Below are positions 8,772 through 17,675 of a stretch of 21,939 nucleotides of DNA, one piece after another (positions within the stretch are counted from its first letter, which is position 1; the number at the start of each line of letters is the position of its first letter). A program made the translations under genes and the position numbers. Under the pieces are notes generated by a model. That model was given only the letters and a program-made list of their open reading frames with translations, was not told where the DNA came from and did not search any database. The DNA is taken from positions 1 through 21,939 of the forward strand of contig JAHQXB010000116.1 in NCBI GenBank assembly GCA_029856435.1, given 5' to 3'. Origin of the DNA: Candidatus Jordarchaeia archaeon (GTDB lineage Archaea > Asgardarchaeota > Jordiarchaeia > Jordiarchaeales > Jordiarchaeaceae).

Positions 8772-8837
8772 AATTTAACAGATTTAACCTTTTTTATTCA
8801 AATTATTTTATTAATATTTAATGAATTTGAAAAACCT

Positions 8838-9575
8838 TCACACATCCAAGACGTCTAAATCTTTAGCCAAGATAATTTCGCCATCAAAACTTTTTCTAGC
8901 TTGATTGATAAGTATATACTCGCTTCCTTCAAAAATGTCTGGCCAGTGAACTAGAGCTAAAATTCGGACATTGGCTTTAGAAGCCAGCTGTCCCGCATCG
9001 CTAGGTGTACTATGATTTAGTTTGTGAGCCAAATTTGATAGTTCATCAGGAAAAGCTGCTTCATGTATAAGAACATCGCATTTTTCAGCTAACTCTACTA
9101 ACCCTTCGCAAGGTGCAGTGTCTCCTGTGTAACAAAGACTTTTTCCTCTCCTTTCTATACGATAAGCGAAATTTGTAGGGTTGTGAAGAGTAGCTTTAAA
9201 AAAAATATTTTCAGAGGAGGTATCCAACTCATAATTTATTTTAAAAGTTAACCTATCTAATGGAGTGTACCCCAACTTTAACAAAGAAGTCACCAAGGTT
9301 TCAATGTACTCCGGTCCTATTATTTTAAGATCTTTAGTTCTCTTACTAACTAGCCACATTGCCCATAAGAGTGAGGTTATCCCCATAATATGATCCGCGT
9401 GCCCATGAGAGATCAAAATAGTCTCAATTTTGGATAAATCTCCTAAAATTGCGAGAAGTTTTTGGCTAGTTCCTTCCCCGCAATCAATAAGCAAATCCTC
9501 ATCAACTAACACAGCGAGGTTGGTTCGAGATTTTGTAATCATACTTCCAGCGGTACCCAGAAAAGTTATCTTCAA
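8838..9575 (-). CDS. Metallo-beta-lactamase-fold hydrolase, RNase Z/ElaC-like but without the tRNA-binding exosite
   Basis: Motifs ITFLGT, LIDCGEG, HGHADH, YTGDT, HEA, HST and LVH. Start is probably the TTG at 9575 after AGGTGA (track start 9611). Confidence 0.85.
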   Translation of the reverse strand: MKITFLGTAGSMITKSRTNLAVLVDEDLLIDCGEGTSQKLLAILGDLSKIETILISHGHADHIMGITSLLWAMWLVSKRTKDLKIIGPEYIETLVTSLLKLGYTPLDRLTFKINYELDTSSENIFFKATLHNPTNFAYRIERRGKSLCYTGDTAPCEGLVELAEKCDVLIHEAAFPDELSNLAHKLNHSTPSDAGQLASKANVRILALVHWPDIFEGSEYILINQARKSFDGEIILAKDLDVLDV

Positions 9576-9806
9576 AAAATCACCTGAAAATTCTTTTATT
9601 ACCTTTCTCATTTTGCTTTCGTAGCCAAATCTTTTTCGATACTCATTAAAATAATCACTATTTTAAAATACCTAACCTTTTTAAAACCAAAATTCCCTAA
9701 TATCAAACATAAGAAAATTGTAAAAATTTTGTGGGGAAGCGAATCCTATATGTAGATGTTCTTCGCTAAAATGGTATAAATGTTTCAAACTATATGAATA
9801 TAAAAG

Positions 9807-10559
9807 GTGATGGTGATGGAATCCATCGATGAACTTTCCAAATTGTTGGAAGAAATAGTAAGAGACGATGTAATAAAAGGAATAATTCTGATTAGCAAAG
9901 AGGGGAAATCAGAATCAATGGTGATCCTAGAAGAAAAGATTAATAAAAGTAAGCTAGCGGCCGCCAGTGCCACCCTACTTTCGATTTCTTCACAAATTAT
10001 TGGAAAGCTATTGGAACAAAATCCAGACTATGTACTCTCCTTTACGCCCAATAACTTAGTTATAACTTTGCCGGTCAATACGGGCATGGTTCTTTCTGCA
10101 CTAATTGACAGAGAAAAGGCCGAAAGCAAGGGTGTTGAAAATTACATCACCAAAATTCAGAATTTTTCCCATAAAGTGGCTGAAGTGATAGAGCTCTCCG
10201 GATATCCTAAAAAAGGATTATTTATGAATGTTAAAAATGTGATGCCGGAGGCCAAGGCAATTGCTATCCTTACCAAGGAGGGAGTGCCCCTAATAGTGCA
10301 CCCCATGGAGGAAGCAATAACTCTCTCCGGAATGATTAGCGCCATTTTTATGATAAGTAGCAGTATGGTTTCTGATGAAAATAGCGACTACTCAGTTATT
10401 GTTGGTAAAGAAGGGATGGTTATTACTCTACAAATCGATAATGATAGATTACTTTCAGTGGCCCTCCCAAAAAAGATGAAAATAAAAGACATTATAAAAA
10501 AGCTTAAAGAGGCTATAAAAGAAAGTGAAAAACATAGTGATTTGGAGGGCTCCACTTAA
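9807..10559 (+). CDS. Tandem Roadblock/LC7 (MglB-like) domain protein
   Basis: Two repeats of the Roadblock pattern: GIILISKEGK...KLAAASATLLSISSQI...V and AIAILTKEGVP...LSGMISAIFMISSSM...VIVGKEGMVI. SD AAGGTGA; the start may be one of the downstream in-frame ATG/GTG codons (9810-9816). Confidence 0.75.
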   Translation: MMVMESIDELSKLLEEIVRDDVIKGIILISKEGKSESMVILEEKINKSKLAAASATLLSISSQIIGKLLEQNPDYVLSFTPNNLVITLPVNTGMVLSALIDREKAESKGVENYITKIQNFSHKVAEVIELSGYPKKGLFMNVKNVMPEAKAIAILTKEGVPLIVHPMEEAITLSGMISAIFMISSSMVSDENSDYSVIVGKEGMVITLQIDNDRLLSVALPKKMKIKDIIKKLKEAIKESEKHSDLEGST

Positions 10560-10561
10560 CT

Positions 10562-11761
10562 GTGGTTGGAAACCAGTCAACTGTTCTTGTCTTGGGATTT
10601 AATGCTAGACCAATAGTTTCCTCAGCAAAAAGATTAGGACTAAAAGTTTTGGTGGTGGACTACTGGGGAGATGTTGACATCTATAAATATGCAGATGAGG
10701 TACTAGTAGTTAATGAATGGGGCAAAGGACTAGACACCACAAAAAGCCACACCAGTCTTTTCTTGAAGCTGGCTCAGAACTTGGCAGAAAAACATGAGAT
10801 TGATTTTATTTTGGTGGGGAGTGGTTTTGATGATCAATTTCAGTTTTGGGAAGAACTCAACAAGGTTGCTCCTGTAATAGGTAACACTTCAGAAAATATT
10901 AAAAAATCTAGAGATAAAATAAGGATTTATCGTGAAGCAGAAAAATTGGGCATTCACTCTCCAAACTCAATCATTGTAAAAAGTGTGGAAGATGCTGTAG
11001 AGGCGGCGGAATTAATAGGGTTACCGGTAGTGGTTAGACCAACGAAAGGAGGAGGAGGACAAGGGATTCATTTAGCCAAGAATATTAAAGAAGTTGAGGG
11101 AATATTTCACTTGCTATCGAGCCAAGGAAATGTAATGATTCAGGAATACATTAAGGGTATCGATGCGAGTTGCTCCCTTATCTCAGATGGCACATCGGCG
11201 CTGGTAGTTTCTATTAATGAGCAGTTAATTGGCTTATCTGAGCTGGGCGCAAAAGATTTTACTTATTGTGGAAACATTGTGCCCCTAAAGGCCACAGAAC
11301 AACTATACAAAAAAATAAAAGATGCCTCCGAAAATTTAATCGAATCATTAAATCTTAAGGGCTCAAACGGGATAGACTATGTTATTCGCAGAGGTGAACC
11401 ATACCTATTAGAGATAAATCCCCGTTTTCAAGGCACGCTTGAGTGTGTTGAAATGGTAACTGGACTAAATATAGTTGAAGCCCACATAGAGGCTTGCCAA
11501 GGGATATTGCCTAAAAGTATTCCCCAAAACAAAGGTTACGCCGTGAAAAATATTTTGTTCGCCAAACATGATTTCATAATGCCTGAACTTACTATGTCTG
11601 GGATATTCGATATCACAAAACCTGGATCTGTAATTAGGAGAGGGAAGCCAGTTTGTACAATTCAAATCTACGCATCAACCCGAAGCGGTGCATTATTTAA
11701 AGCAAAAAGAGTGGCGGAAAGAATTTACAGTAAATTTAGAAAAACAAGACTGAATACCTAA
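10562..11761 (+). CDS. ATP-grasp domain protein (archaeal COG2232-like putative carboligase)
   Basis: N-terminal VLVLGFNARP...DYWGDVD and GSGFD; ATP-grasp motifs GGGGQG, IQEYIKG, GIDY and LEINPRFQGT. Starts 2 bp after the Roadblock gene stop. Confidence 0.8.
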   Translation: MVGNQSTVLVLGFNARPIVSSAKRLGLKVLVVDYWGDVDIYKYADEVLVVNEWGKGLDTTKSHTSLFLKLAQNLAEKHEIDFILVGSGFDDQFQFWEELNKVAPVIGNTSENIKKSRDKIRIYREAEKLGIHSPNSIIVKSVEDAVEAAELIGLPVVVRPTKGGGGQGIHLAKNIKEVEGIFHLLSSQGNVMIQEYIKGIDASCSLISDGTSALVVSINEQLIGLSELGAKDFTYCGNIVPLKATEQLYKKIKDASENLIESLNLKGSNGIDYVIRRGEPYLLEINPRFQGTLECVEMVTGLNIVEAHIEACQGILPKSIPQNKGYAVKNILFAKHDFIMPELTMSGIFDITKPGSVIRRGKPVCTIQIYASTRSGALFKAKRVAERIYSKFRKTRLNT

Positions 11762-11802
11762 TTAGTGCTCTCTTTGAAAGAGCTTTTTTGAGCTCAATAT
11801 TA

Positions 11803-12297
11803 TTATTGATTGATTCTTCTTACCTTCTCTTTTATTCTGTTCAGCCAGTCGTCCCAGGAGACATCTAGAGGCTTTTTCCCCGTTTTTATATTTTCTATTA
11901 TCTCATTTAAAAAGTCGTCAGAAGCTTCCTCTCCTGATACTCCAAATACCTTATCCAGAACTGGCAAGAAATCTGCAAATTTGTCGCGATCCCCATCCCA
12001 ATTCTCTAAGTTACCATAATTTTTTATGAATTCTTGGCTGATGCTTTCCAGTTTACTTTTTATATCGTCCTGTCTGTCTGTGTAGGCAGCAAATATAATG
12101 TCATCATTGTAGACGTATACAAATTTTTTATCATCCAAAAGCACACTTTCTATACTTTGACCACTTATATTTCTACCAAAAGAGAACATTGCACTAAGAA
12201 AACCAGATACTAGATTCTCATCTGTCTCTAGGCTTCCGTATTTTCTGTGGATTATGCATTCTCCGCTTCTTTTCAATAGATAGAAGTTGTGAATCAT
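11803..12297 (-). CDS. Longin-domain (sigma-adaptin/sedlin-like) protein of the Asgard type
   Basis: Pattern IHNFYLLKRSGECIIHRKYG...DENLVSGFLSAMFSFGRNI...IESV...FVY...F...Y...WDGD...F matches longin-fold proteins as I know them. SD GGTG. Confidence 0.75.
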   Translation of the reverse strand: MIHNFYLLKRSGECIIHRKYGSLETDENLVSGFLSAMFSFGRNISGQSIESVLLDDKKFVYVYNDDIIFAAYTDRQDDIKSKLESISQEFIKNYGNLENWDGDRDKFADFLPVLDKVFGVSGEEASDDFLNEIIENIKTGKKPLDVSWDDWLNRIKEKVRRINQ

Positions 12298-12569
12298 AGT
12301 TTTACACCCAAAGTGAACCGCATAACCATATTATAGTTAATCTTAATACGCTAATAAATATTGTGTTTTTGTTGTGAATTACACATCAAAATGAATTTAT
12401 TTTGTGAACATCGCAATTTCTTTGGACTCATTGTAGCCGAATAAGTCATTCTTTTAGAAAAATTTTTGTAGGAGAGTAATTATTAGCTAAGGATTATTAA
12501 ATAATTGATCTAAAAATATAAATTTATTTGATTAATATAAATATTTTCCTTGAGATTTAAAAAAGGGGG

Positions 12570-12857
12570 TTAAAGATATCTGAATCGGCAAAGAAGTGCA
12601 TAAAAAACAGATTATCCTAAATTCAAGGGGCTTGGTTTACTTTTGTAGAGTACAAGTCTTGCTGCGGAGAAGTTTCAAATGCATTCCTCATAGATCTAAA
12701 ACAGTGTTGCCGAGGTGGTTTCTACAGCTAGAAGTAATGAGGGTATCACAGTGTACGTTGAAAAGGATTCCGATTTTTTGAAAAGGAGTATACTCTCATA
12801 AAAATAGACGCTAAGGGTAGAAAAGACTGCAAATTGCTTCATGTTCAATTCGGGTAA
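12570..12857 (+). pseudogene. Degraded HesB-like / CC-motif small protein gene
   Basis: Reconstructed by hand: LKISESAKKCIKNRLS*IQGAWFTFVEYKSCCGEVSNAFLIDLK / NSVAEVVSTARSNEGITVYVEKDSDFL / KEYTLIKIDAKGRKDCKLLHVQFG*. It has an in-frame TAA (12618-12620), two compensating frameshifts (near 12700 and 12780) and TTA at the expected start after AGGGGG. Family assignment is by eye. Confidence 0.55.
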
Positions 12858-12867
12858 ACACTATAAC

Positions 12868-13524
12868 CTAGATAAGGATATTCTTGAGCTCATAAAGATT
12901 GTTTATCACGAAATCCGCTTTAACTTTGGTTTTGGTTTTTGAACGTACTATCACAGCGGTAAAAGCTCCTGCTCTTATTCCTGCAATAATATCACTATCC
13001 TTGTCTCCTACCACTAACGACTCTTTAGGTGAGCCACTCAGTTCCCGGATACATTTAAGGATCCCGTAAGGCTCTGGCTTGGCATTTTCTTGTTCCACGG
13101 TTCCCAGAGCTACAATGGAACCAAAATAATGGGTTAAATCAAATGTATCTAGTTCCAAGAGTGCTAGGTTTAGTGGAGTGTTTGTTACCACGCCCAATGC
13201 ATAGTCCTTGCATAGATCCTCTAGAACTGTCACATCATCGTAGGGCCTGATTTTATTAGATTTTATAAGCCTTAGGCGTGCTTCATAATCTCTTCTGTCA
13301 AAGACCCTCCAAAAATTGTCTATGTCTTTTATTCCCCATGATCTTAAAATCTTTTGATAATCCTTCCCACTATCCCAAAAACGATCCCTCTGCTCACGAC
13401 TAGGCAAATGGCATCCAATCTCCTCAAGCGATTCTACAAGTAACTGGTCAAAGAAATCCCCATCTGGCACATCTACTAGTGTGCCGTCCAAATCTAGAAC
13501 GATTACTTTAATCTTGCTTCTCAC
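12868..13524 (-). CDS. HAD-superfamily hydrolase (phosphoglycolate phosphatase-like, subfamily IA)
   Basis: Motif I DLDGT, motif II VTN, motif III KPEP, motif IV GDKDSD. Confidence 0.9.
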   Translation of the reverse strand: MRSKIKVIVLDLDGTLVDVPDGDFFDQLLVESLEEIGCHLPSREQRDRFWDSGKDYQKILRSWGIKDIDNFWRVFDRRDYEARLRLIKSNKIRPYDDVTVLEDLCKDYALGVVTNTPLNLALLELDTFDLTHYFGSIVALGTVEQENAKPEPYGILKCIRELSGSPKESLVVGDKDSDIIAGIRAGAFTAVIVRSKTKTKVKADFVINNLYELKNILI

Positions 13525-13706
13525 GCTTCAAATCTCCCTGACACATTCGCGATAATAGTGTAATACTAGTTTTTGAATTTTTTAGTGTGGTGAAAGTGGT
13601 ATTCCCCAATTTTTCAGTGGGAGCTTTAGAAGGATTTCCCTTCATTAATGTTGTGCTCTAGAAACCAAATTATTCTTTTATAACACCAAAAGTGAGAGAT
13701 GTAACG

Positions 13707-15878
13707 TTAACTTAATTTTTGTTTTTCCGTTGAGCTTGAGGTTCTCCACCACAGTATGAGTATGTATATTGCAACAGCTAAGTACATTAATGCCCAAGGG
13801 AATCGAAGAATGACTTCTTCAATACTTTTGGGCATTGAGTATGCATGAATTATCCCCACTAGTGATAGTAGGCAAGAGGCGGCCGCAAATATGAAGGCTC
13901 TTCTCAAACGTCTATGATTTAGGTCTGAGACTATACTTCCCCAGATTAGTCCCACAGTTGTTGCTCCTAATCCTAAAAATACTATTCCATACCAGCCGAA
14001 TGTGGCACTTGAATAGCTAAATGTTTCATTTAAACCGTATCCATAGAGACCCAAATACTGGGCAAATGGTATTTTTAAGGGTATGCCTGCAATACTCACA
14101 GTTACAAAAAATATGTTGTCTAATAGCTGATAAGGCGTTATTGATGTACTCATTAATGCTCCAGTAAAGGCATTTTTAAAATTATTGATTATTATTAGGG
14201 TTAACACCGTGAATACGTGTGGAACCATTGCCAGCATTACCGCGAATAAGTCTCCCCAAATAATGTAGTCTGGACTATCCTTTTTTCTGTTTTCATCATA
14301 AACTTCCTTAAAAGATTGAACTACAATTAATCCTCCAATTACCAGAAGAACTGGTACCATAACACAGGGGGGGATGATTATGGGCAACAAGAATAGAATT
14401 CCGCACCAAACTGTTGCCGCAATGATTATTCCGTGGAGTAGAGAGTATCCGATCCCTGCCCCCATTCTGACAAAGCTTGCTGAGCCCACAGAATTCACGG
14501 TTGGCGTCCATCCGCCAAAAGGAGTTCCAAGCAGACTACTACATCCATCTATGAGCATAGTGGTCTTTGCAGAGTACCCGTACTGGTCGCACCAAAGCTT
14601 CAAGCTCTCTGGATCCTCTATTCCGAATTTGCGTGCCATTTCTAAGTTTCCTGATTCATTGTTGGCGTAGCTCTCGAGAGAGTCATAGATTTGGAAAGGA
14701 ACAACTACCGCTATAATCATTGGTAGAGCTTGTAGCCCGCGGCCCAAAAGCTCTGGTCTAAAACTTGGAACCATAAAGCTGAAGGTTTGTAAATAAATGT
14801 AATTGGTAATATCCTGCCCAAGATTTAGGGCGATTAAAAATTGGGGGCCCAGCCCACCCCAAATCTGAGCCCACATCTCTTTAAAATAGAAGAAGAAATC
14901 TCCAAAATTGGTGTTTCCCAGCCACAAAATGTTAATTGCTACAAGAACTGATCCAACAATTATTGCCAGTAAAGTTGTTGGAATTTTTTTAAAGATTCTT
15001 AAGCGAGAAATTATCCCCGCTAGTAATATAAATAGTACCACAAATCCGATTGTAGGCGATAGGTAAGGCCATCCATTAAGAGCACCATACACACCATTGA
15101 CGGGGCCTCCGGCTATGTAGCCTAGGTAATTAAGGATAAGCCAAGCAAAACCTATTCCTGCAATTGTGCCTAGTACCCCTGCTGTGGGTATGTTTTTTCT
15201 TAAGTGTTCTATTAAGCCAAGCGCTATTATGATCTCAATAATTGAGCTGATAATATTAGCTAAAATGGCTATGGAAATCGCGGTATATAAATCAAAGCCA
15301 AGGACTGACTGAGAGAGTCCGATTATTGCACCAAGAAAAAGAAACAATCCGGGTAAGCTTATGCCGAAGGGTAATGCGGTGTAAATTTTTCCTGTTTCCA
15401 TTGTTTTTTTATAGGCATAGTAACTGTAAGCAAAATTTCCTATAAGAACTTGTAGCGCGCCCGCGCCCAGAAGAGTTGAGATTAAGCCCCAAGGCTTATG
15501 GGGAAAGAGTATCTGTAAATCTGTGGGCAGATAGTATCCCTGAGGGATAATTACGGGGATCTGATTTCCCAAGATGTGAATTATACCTACAAGATCCGTT
15601 GGTGCAACGTATATTCCTGTTAGGGCGGAGAAGTACCATGCAGGAATAAACTGCACGCTCCAAATGATAGGGAGTAAACCAATTAGTAAGATAAATAGGG
15701 TAAAATTATCTGCAAACAGAGCAACGGCTCCGTTAATATCCTCTCTTTTCCAGATTTTAATGGTACCCCTGTTAAATAAGCTGAGGAAAAAATCATAAAT
15801 GGAAGGTTCACCCAGAGAAACCATTTCAGGGATTGAAGGCTTTCTCCTATTCTCATTAACGCACAAATTTTTCACCAC
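13707..15878 (-). CDS. Large polytopic permease, NCS2/nucleobase-transporter-like
   Basis: Many hydrophobic segments. Segments WKREDINGAVALFADN, YTALPFGIS.P, MLIDGCSSLLG..FGG..PT and MGAGIGYSLLHG resemble the xanthine/uracil/vitamin C permease-like family. Directly downstream of purM. Confidence 0.65.
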   Translation of the reverse strand: MVKNLCVNENRRKPSIPEMVSLGEPSIYDFFLSLFNRGTIKIWKREDINGAVALFADNFTLFILLIGLLPIIWSVQFIPAWYFSALTGIYVAPTDLVGIIHILGNQIPVIIPQGYYLPTDLQILFPHKPWGLISTLLGAGALQVLIGNFAYSYYAYKKTMETGKIYTALPFGISLPGLFLFLGAIIGLSQSVLGFDLYTAISIAILANIISSIIEIIIALGLIEHLRKNIPTAGVLGTIAGIGFAWLILNYLGYIAGGPVNGVYGALNGWPYLSPTIGFVVLFILLAGIISRLRIFKKIPTTLLAIIVGSVLVAINILWLGNTNFGDFFFYFKEMWAQIWGGLGPQFLIALNLGQDITNYIYLQTFSFMVPSFRPELLGRGLQALPMIIAVVVPFQIYDSLESYANNESGNLEMARKFGIEDPESLKLWCDQYGYSAKTTMLIDGCSSLLGTPFGGWTPTVNSVGSASFVRMGAGIGYSLLHGIIIAATVWCGILFLLPIIIPPCVMVPVLLVIGGLIVVQSFKEVYDENRKKDSPDYIIWGDLFAVMLAMVPHVFTVLTLIIINNFKNAFTGALMSTSITPYQLLDNIFFVTVSIAGIPLKIPFAQYLGLYGYGLNETFSYSSATFGWYGIVFLGLGATTVGLIWGSIVSDLNHRRLRRAFIFAAASCLLSLVGIIHAYSMPKSIEEVILRFPWALMYLAVAIYILILWWRTSSSTEKQKLS

Positions 15879-15959
15879 TGCCTTCTATTTTTAAAAACAT
15901 GTCCTTAAAAATGTGAGAGGTCGAAAATAAACTTTAGCCTTGTCAATAAACTCTGCATC

Positions 15960-17033
15960 TCACATTTTCAAAAGATTCCCTTTAGACACTTCCAGTACTA
16001 TACCTTTTTTGGCGACTATTTTGCCTATAATTTGAGCTTGGGTGTTCGCTTTCTTACAAATTTTTATGACCGTTTCAGAGCTCTCCCTTGGGGTAACTAC
16101 AACAAATCCCACTCCCATGTTAAATGTCTGGTACATCTCATAGTCACTAATATTCCCCACTTGCTTAATGGTTTCAAAAATAGGTTGTGGTTCTGGTAAC
16201 TGGTCAAGGTACATTCCCATTTCCCCATAACATATTCTTTTAAGCTTTGAGAACGCTCCCCCAGTTATGTTTGCGAGACCATGCACTTGCGCTTTTTCCA
16301 GAATTTCTAATACTTCTTTTACATAAATTTTGGTGGGTTCAAGTAATGCCTCACCCACACTCTGTTTCGAGTTAGGTAGAGGGTCAAACACACTAAATCC
16401 CGCTTCTTCCAGAAGGGCCTTCCTAGCTAGAGAAAGTCCGTTTGAGTGAATCCCGCTACTTTGCAAGCCCACCACCACATCATTAGCTACTATTTTCCTT
16501 CCTGTGACAATTTTATCTTGGTAAACCACTCCAATGCACATAGCGGCTAAATCAAATCCTTTCCCTTCAACCGCACCTTTTATCACATCGGGCATTGTAG
16601 CGGTCTCCCCACCCAATATTGCTACGCCCGCTATTTTCGCTCCCTTAATAAGCCCTCGAACAATCTGCTCAATCATTTCAGGATCTGATTTCTCAACCGC
16701 CAAGTAATCCACAATGGCTAGGGGTTCGGCGCCCATACAAATTAAATCGTTAACATTCATAGCCACACAATCGATTCCAACAGTATCATATTTATCCATA
16801 AGTTGGGCAATCAATACCTTAGTACCGACCCCGTCGGCGTGAACTGCCAGAGCCCTTCCTGAACCGATATCTATAAGATTCGCGTAATGGCCGTACTCAC
16901 CCACTACTTCACCGAATTTACCACTTCTCAATGAGAAGGTTTTTTCAATTAATTTACCAATAATTCTGTGGCTCTCACTAGCCTTTGATAAATCTACTCC
17001 TGCATCTCTATAAGTTAAGGCTCTTCTCTTCAA
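15960..17033 (-). CDS. purM: Phosphoribosylformylglycinamidine cyclo-ligase (AIR synthase)
   Basis: Motifs LTYRDAGVD, DGVGTK, GIDCVAMNVNDL.C.GAEPL, GGETA.MP, SSGIHSNG.SLAR, ITGG and TFNMGVG. TTG start after AGGTG. Confidence 0.97.
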   Translation of the reverse strand: MKRRALTYRDAGVDLSKASESHRIIGKLIEKTFSLRSGKFGEVVGEYGHYANLIDIGSGRALAVHADGVGTKVLIAQLMDKYDTVGIDCVAMNVNDLICMGAEPLAIVDYLAVEKSDPEMIEQIVRGLIKGAKIAGVAILGGETATMPDVIKGAVEGKGFDLAAMCIGVVYQDKIVTGRKIVANDVVVGLQSSGIHSNGLSLARKALLEEAGFSVFDPLPNSKQSVGEALLEPTKIYVKEVLEILEKAQVHGLANITGGAFSKLKRICYGEMGMYLDQLPEPQPIFETIKQVGNISDYEMYQTFNMGVGFVVVTPRESSETVIKICKKANTQAQIIGKIVAKKGIVLEVSKGNLLKM

Positions 17034-17063
17034 TTTTTTACACCTAAAGTTGAGAAGGTAGTT

Positions 17064-17075
17064 TTTTTATAAAAA
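17064..17075 (-). promoter_or_regulatory. TATA box (TTTTTATAAAAA) of the purM promoter, inside a GGTAGT...ACTACC inverted repeat (17057-17090)
   Basis: Lies 31-42 bp upstream of the purM TTG, a spacing compatible with an archaeal promoter and short leader. Confidence 0.55.
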
Positions 17076-17104
17076 TCTAGCTAGACTACCAAATTAGGCA
17101 AGCT

Positions 17105-17452
17105 TTAAAGCAAATTAGCCATCATTCTAGCTAAAATCAATACGATAACGACAGCCAAATTTGTTAGTACAATCCACCCATATACAGAATTAATAGTGGT
17201 GTAAACAAGAGAAATCGGTAAAGTTATGATAAAAGGAATAACCGAAACGCTTAGAGAAACCCATTCAAAGGACAATGCGATTAGAAGGGAGTCAATTAAC
17301 CATATCACCAGTATTATTTGCAATCCCTTCTCCGTAAATTCACTTGACCAATTTATGGTGTTTATTGATTCAATTACTAGAGGCATCTGAATCAGAGTCA
17401 CTAAAACCAGCAGAACAATAAAGCTGAGAATTCTGCTCATAATTCTTGCCAA
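17105..17452 (-). CDS. Small membrane protein (about 4 hydrophobic segments), unknown function
   Basis: 115-aa hydrophobic ORF with SD GGTGA upstream. Fills the gap between purM and a divergent promoter region. Confidence 0.7.
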   Translation of the reverse strand: MARIMSRILSFIVLLVLVTLIQMPLVIESINTINWSSEFTEKGLQIILVIWLIDSLLIALSFEWVSLSVSVIPFIITLPISLVYTTINSVYGWIVLTNLAVVIVLILARMMANLL

Positions 17453-17675
17453 AAACCATCACCAAACTATATATTATCTTTTTAGCATAAAAACAACCCA
17501 TATAGTATTCCATAACTTTTCATTTTCAATTACAAGAGTTATAAAAAGGCTTCATTGTTATTACTTTTAATATTTTTAAATTTAAACCATAAGTTTTGAT
17601 AATTTGATAAGGATTATATTCATAAGATAGAACCTATACTATTATAACCAAGGAGAAACACATGGGGAACAAGAA

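Noticed and set aside
8838-9611. Calling this gene rnz (tRNase Z)
   Set aside because: No exosite insertion before the GDT motif, so the symbol was withheld.
9659-9670. TATTTTAAAATA palindrome (also TTTAAATTTAAA near 17575-17586)
   Set aside because: A/T-only dyads are expected by chance in AT-rich promoter DNA.
6466-11665. ORFs 6466-6720, 7542-7856, 8280-8597, 8628-8858, 9430-9624, 9785-9973, 10157-10345 and 11465-11665
   Set aside because: They overlap stronger genes on the opposite strand, or run through promoter DNA; no SD or protein-like features.
12596-12781. 61-aa plus-strand ORF in the track
   Set aside because: It is an alternative frame over the reconstructed CC-motif pseudogene; its own translation is not protein-like.
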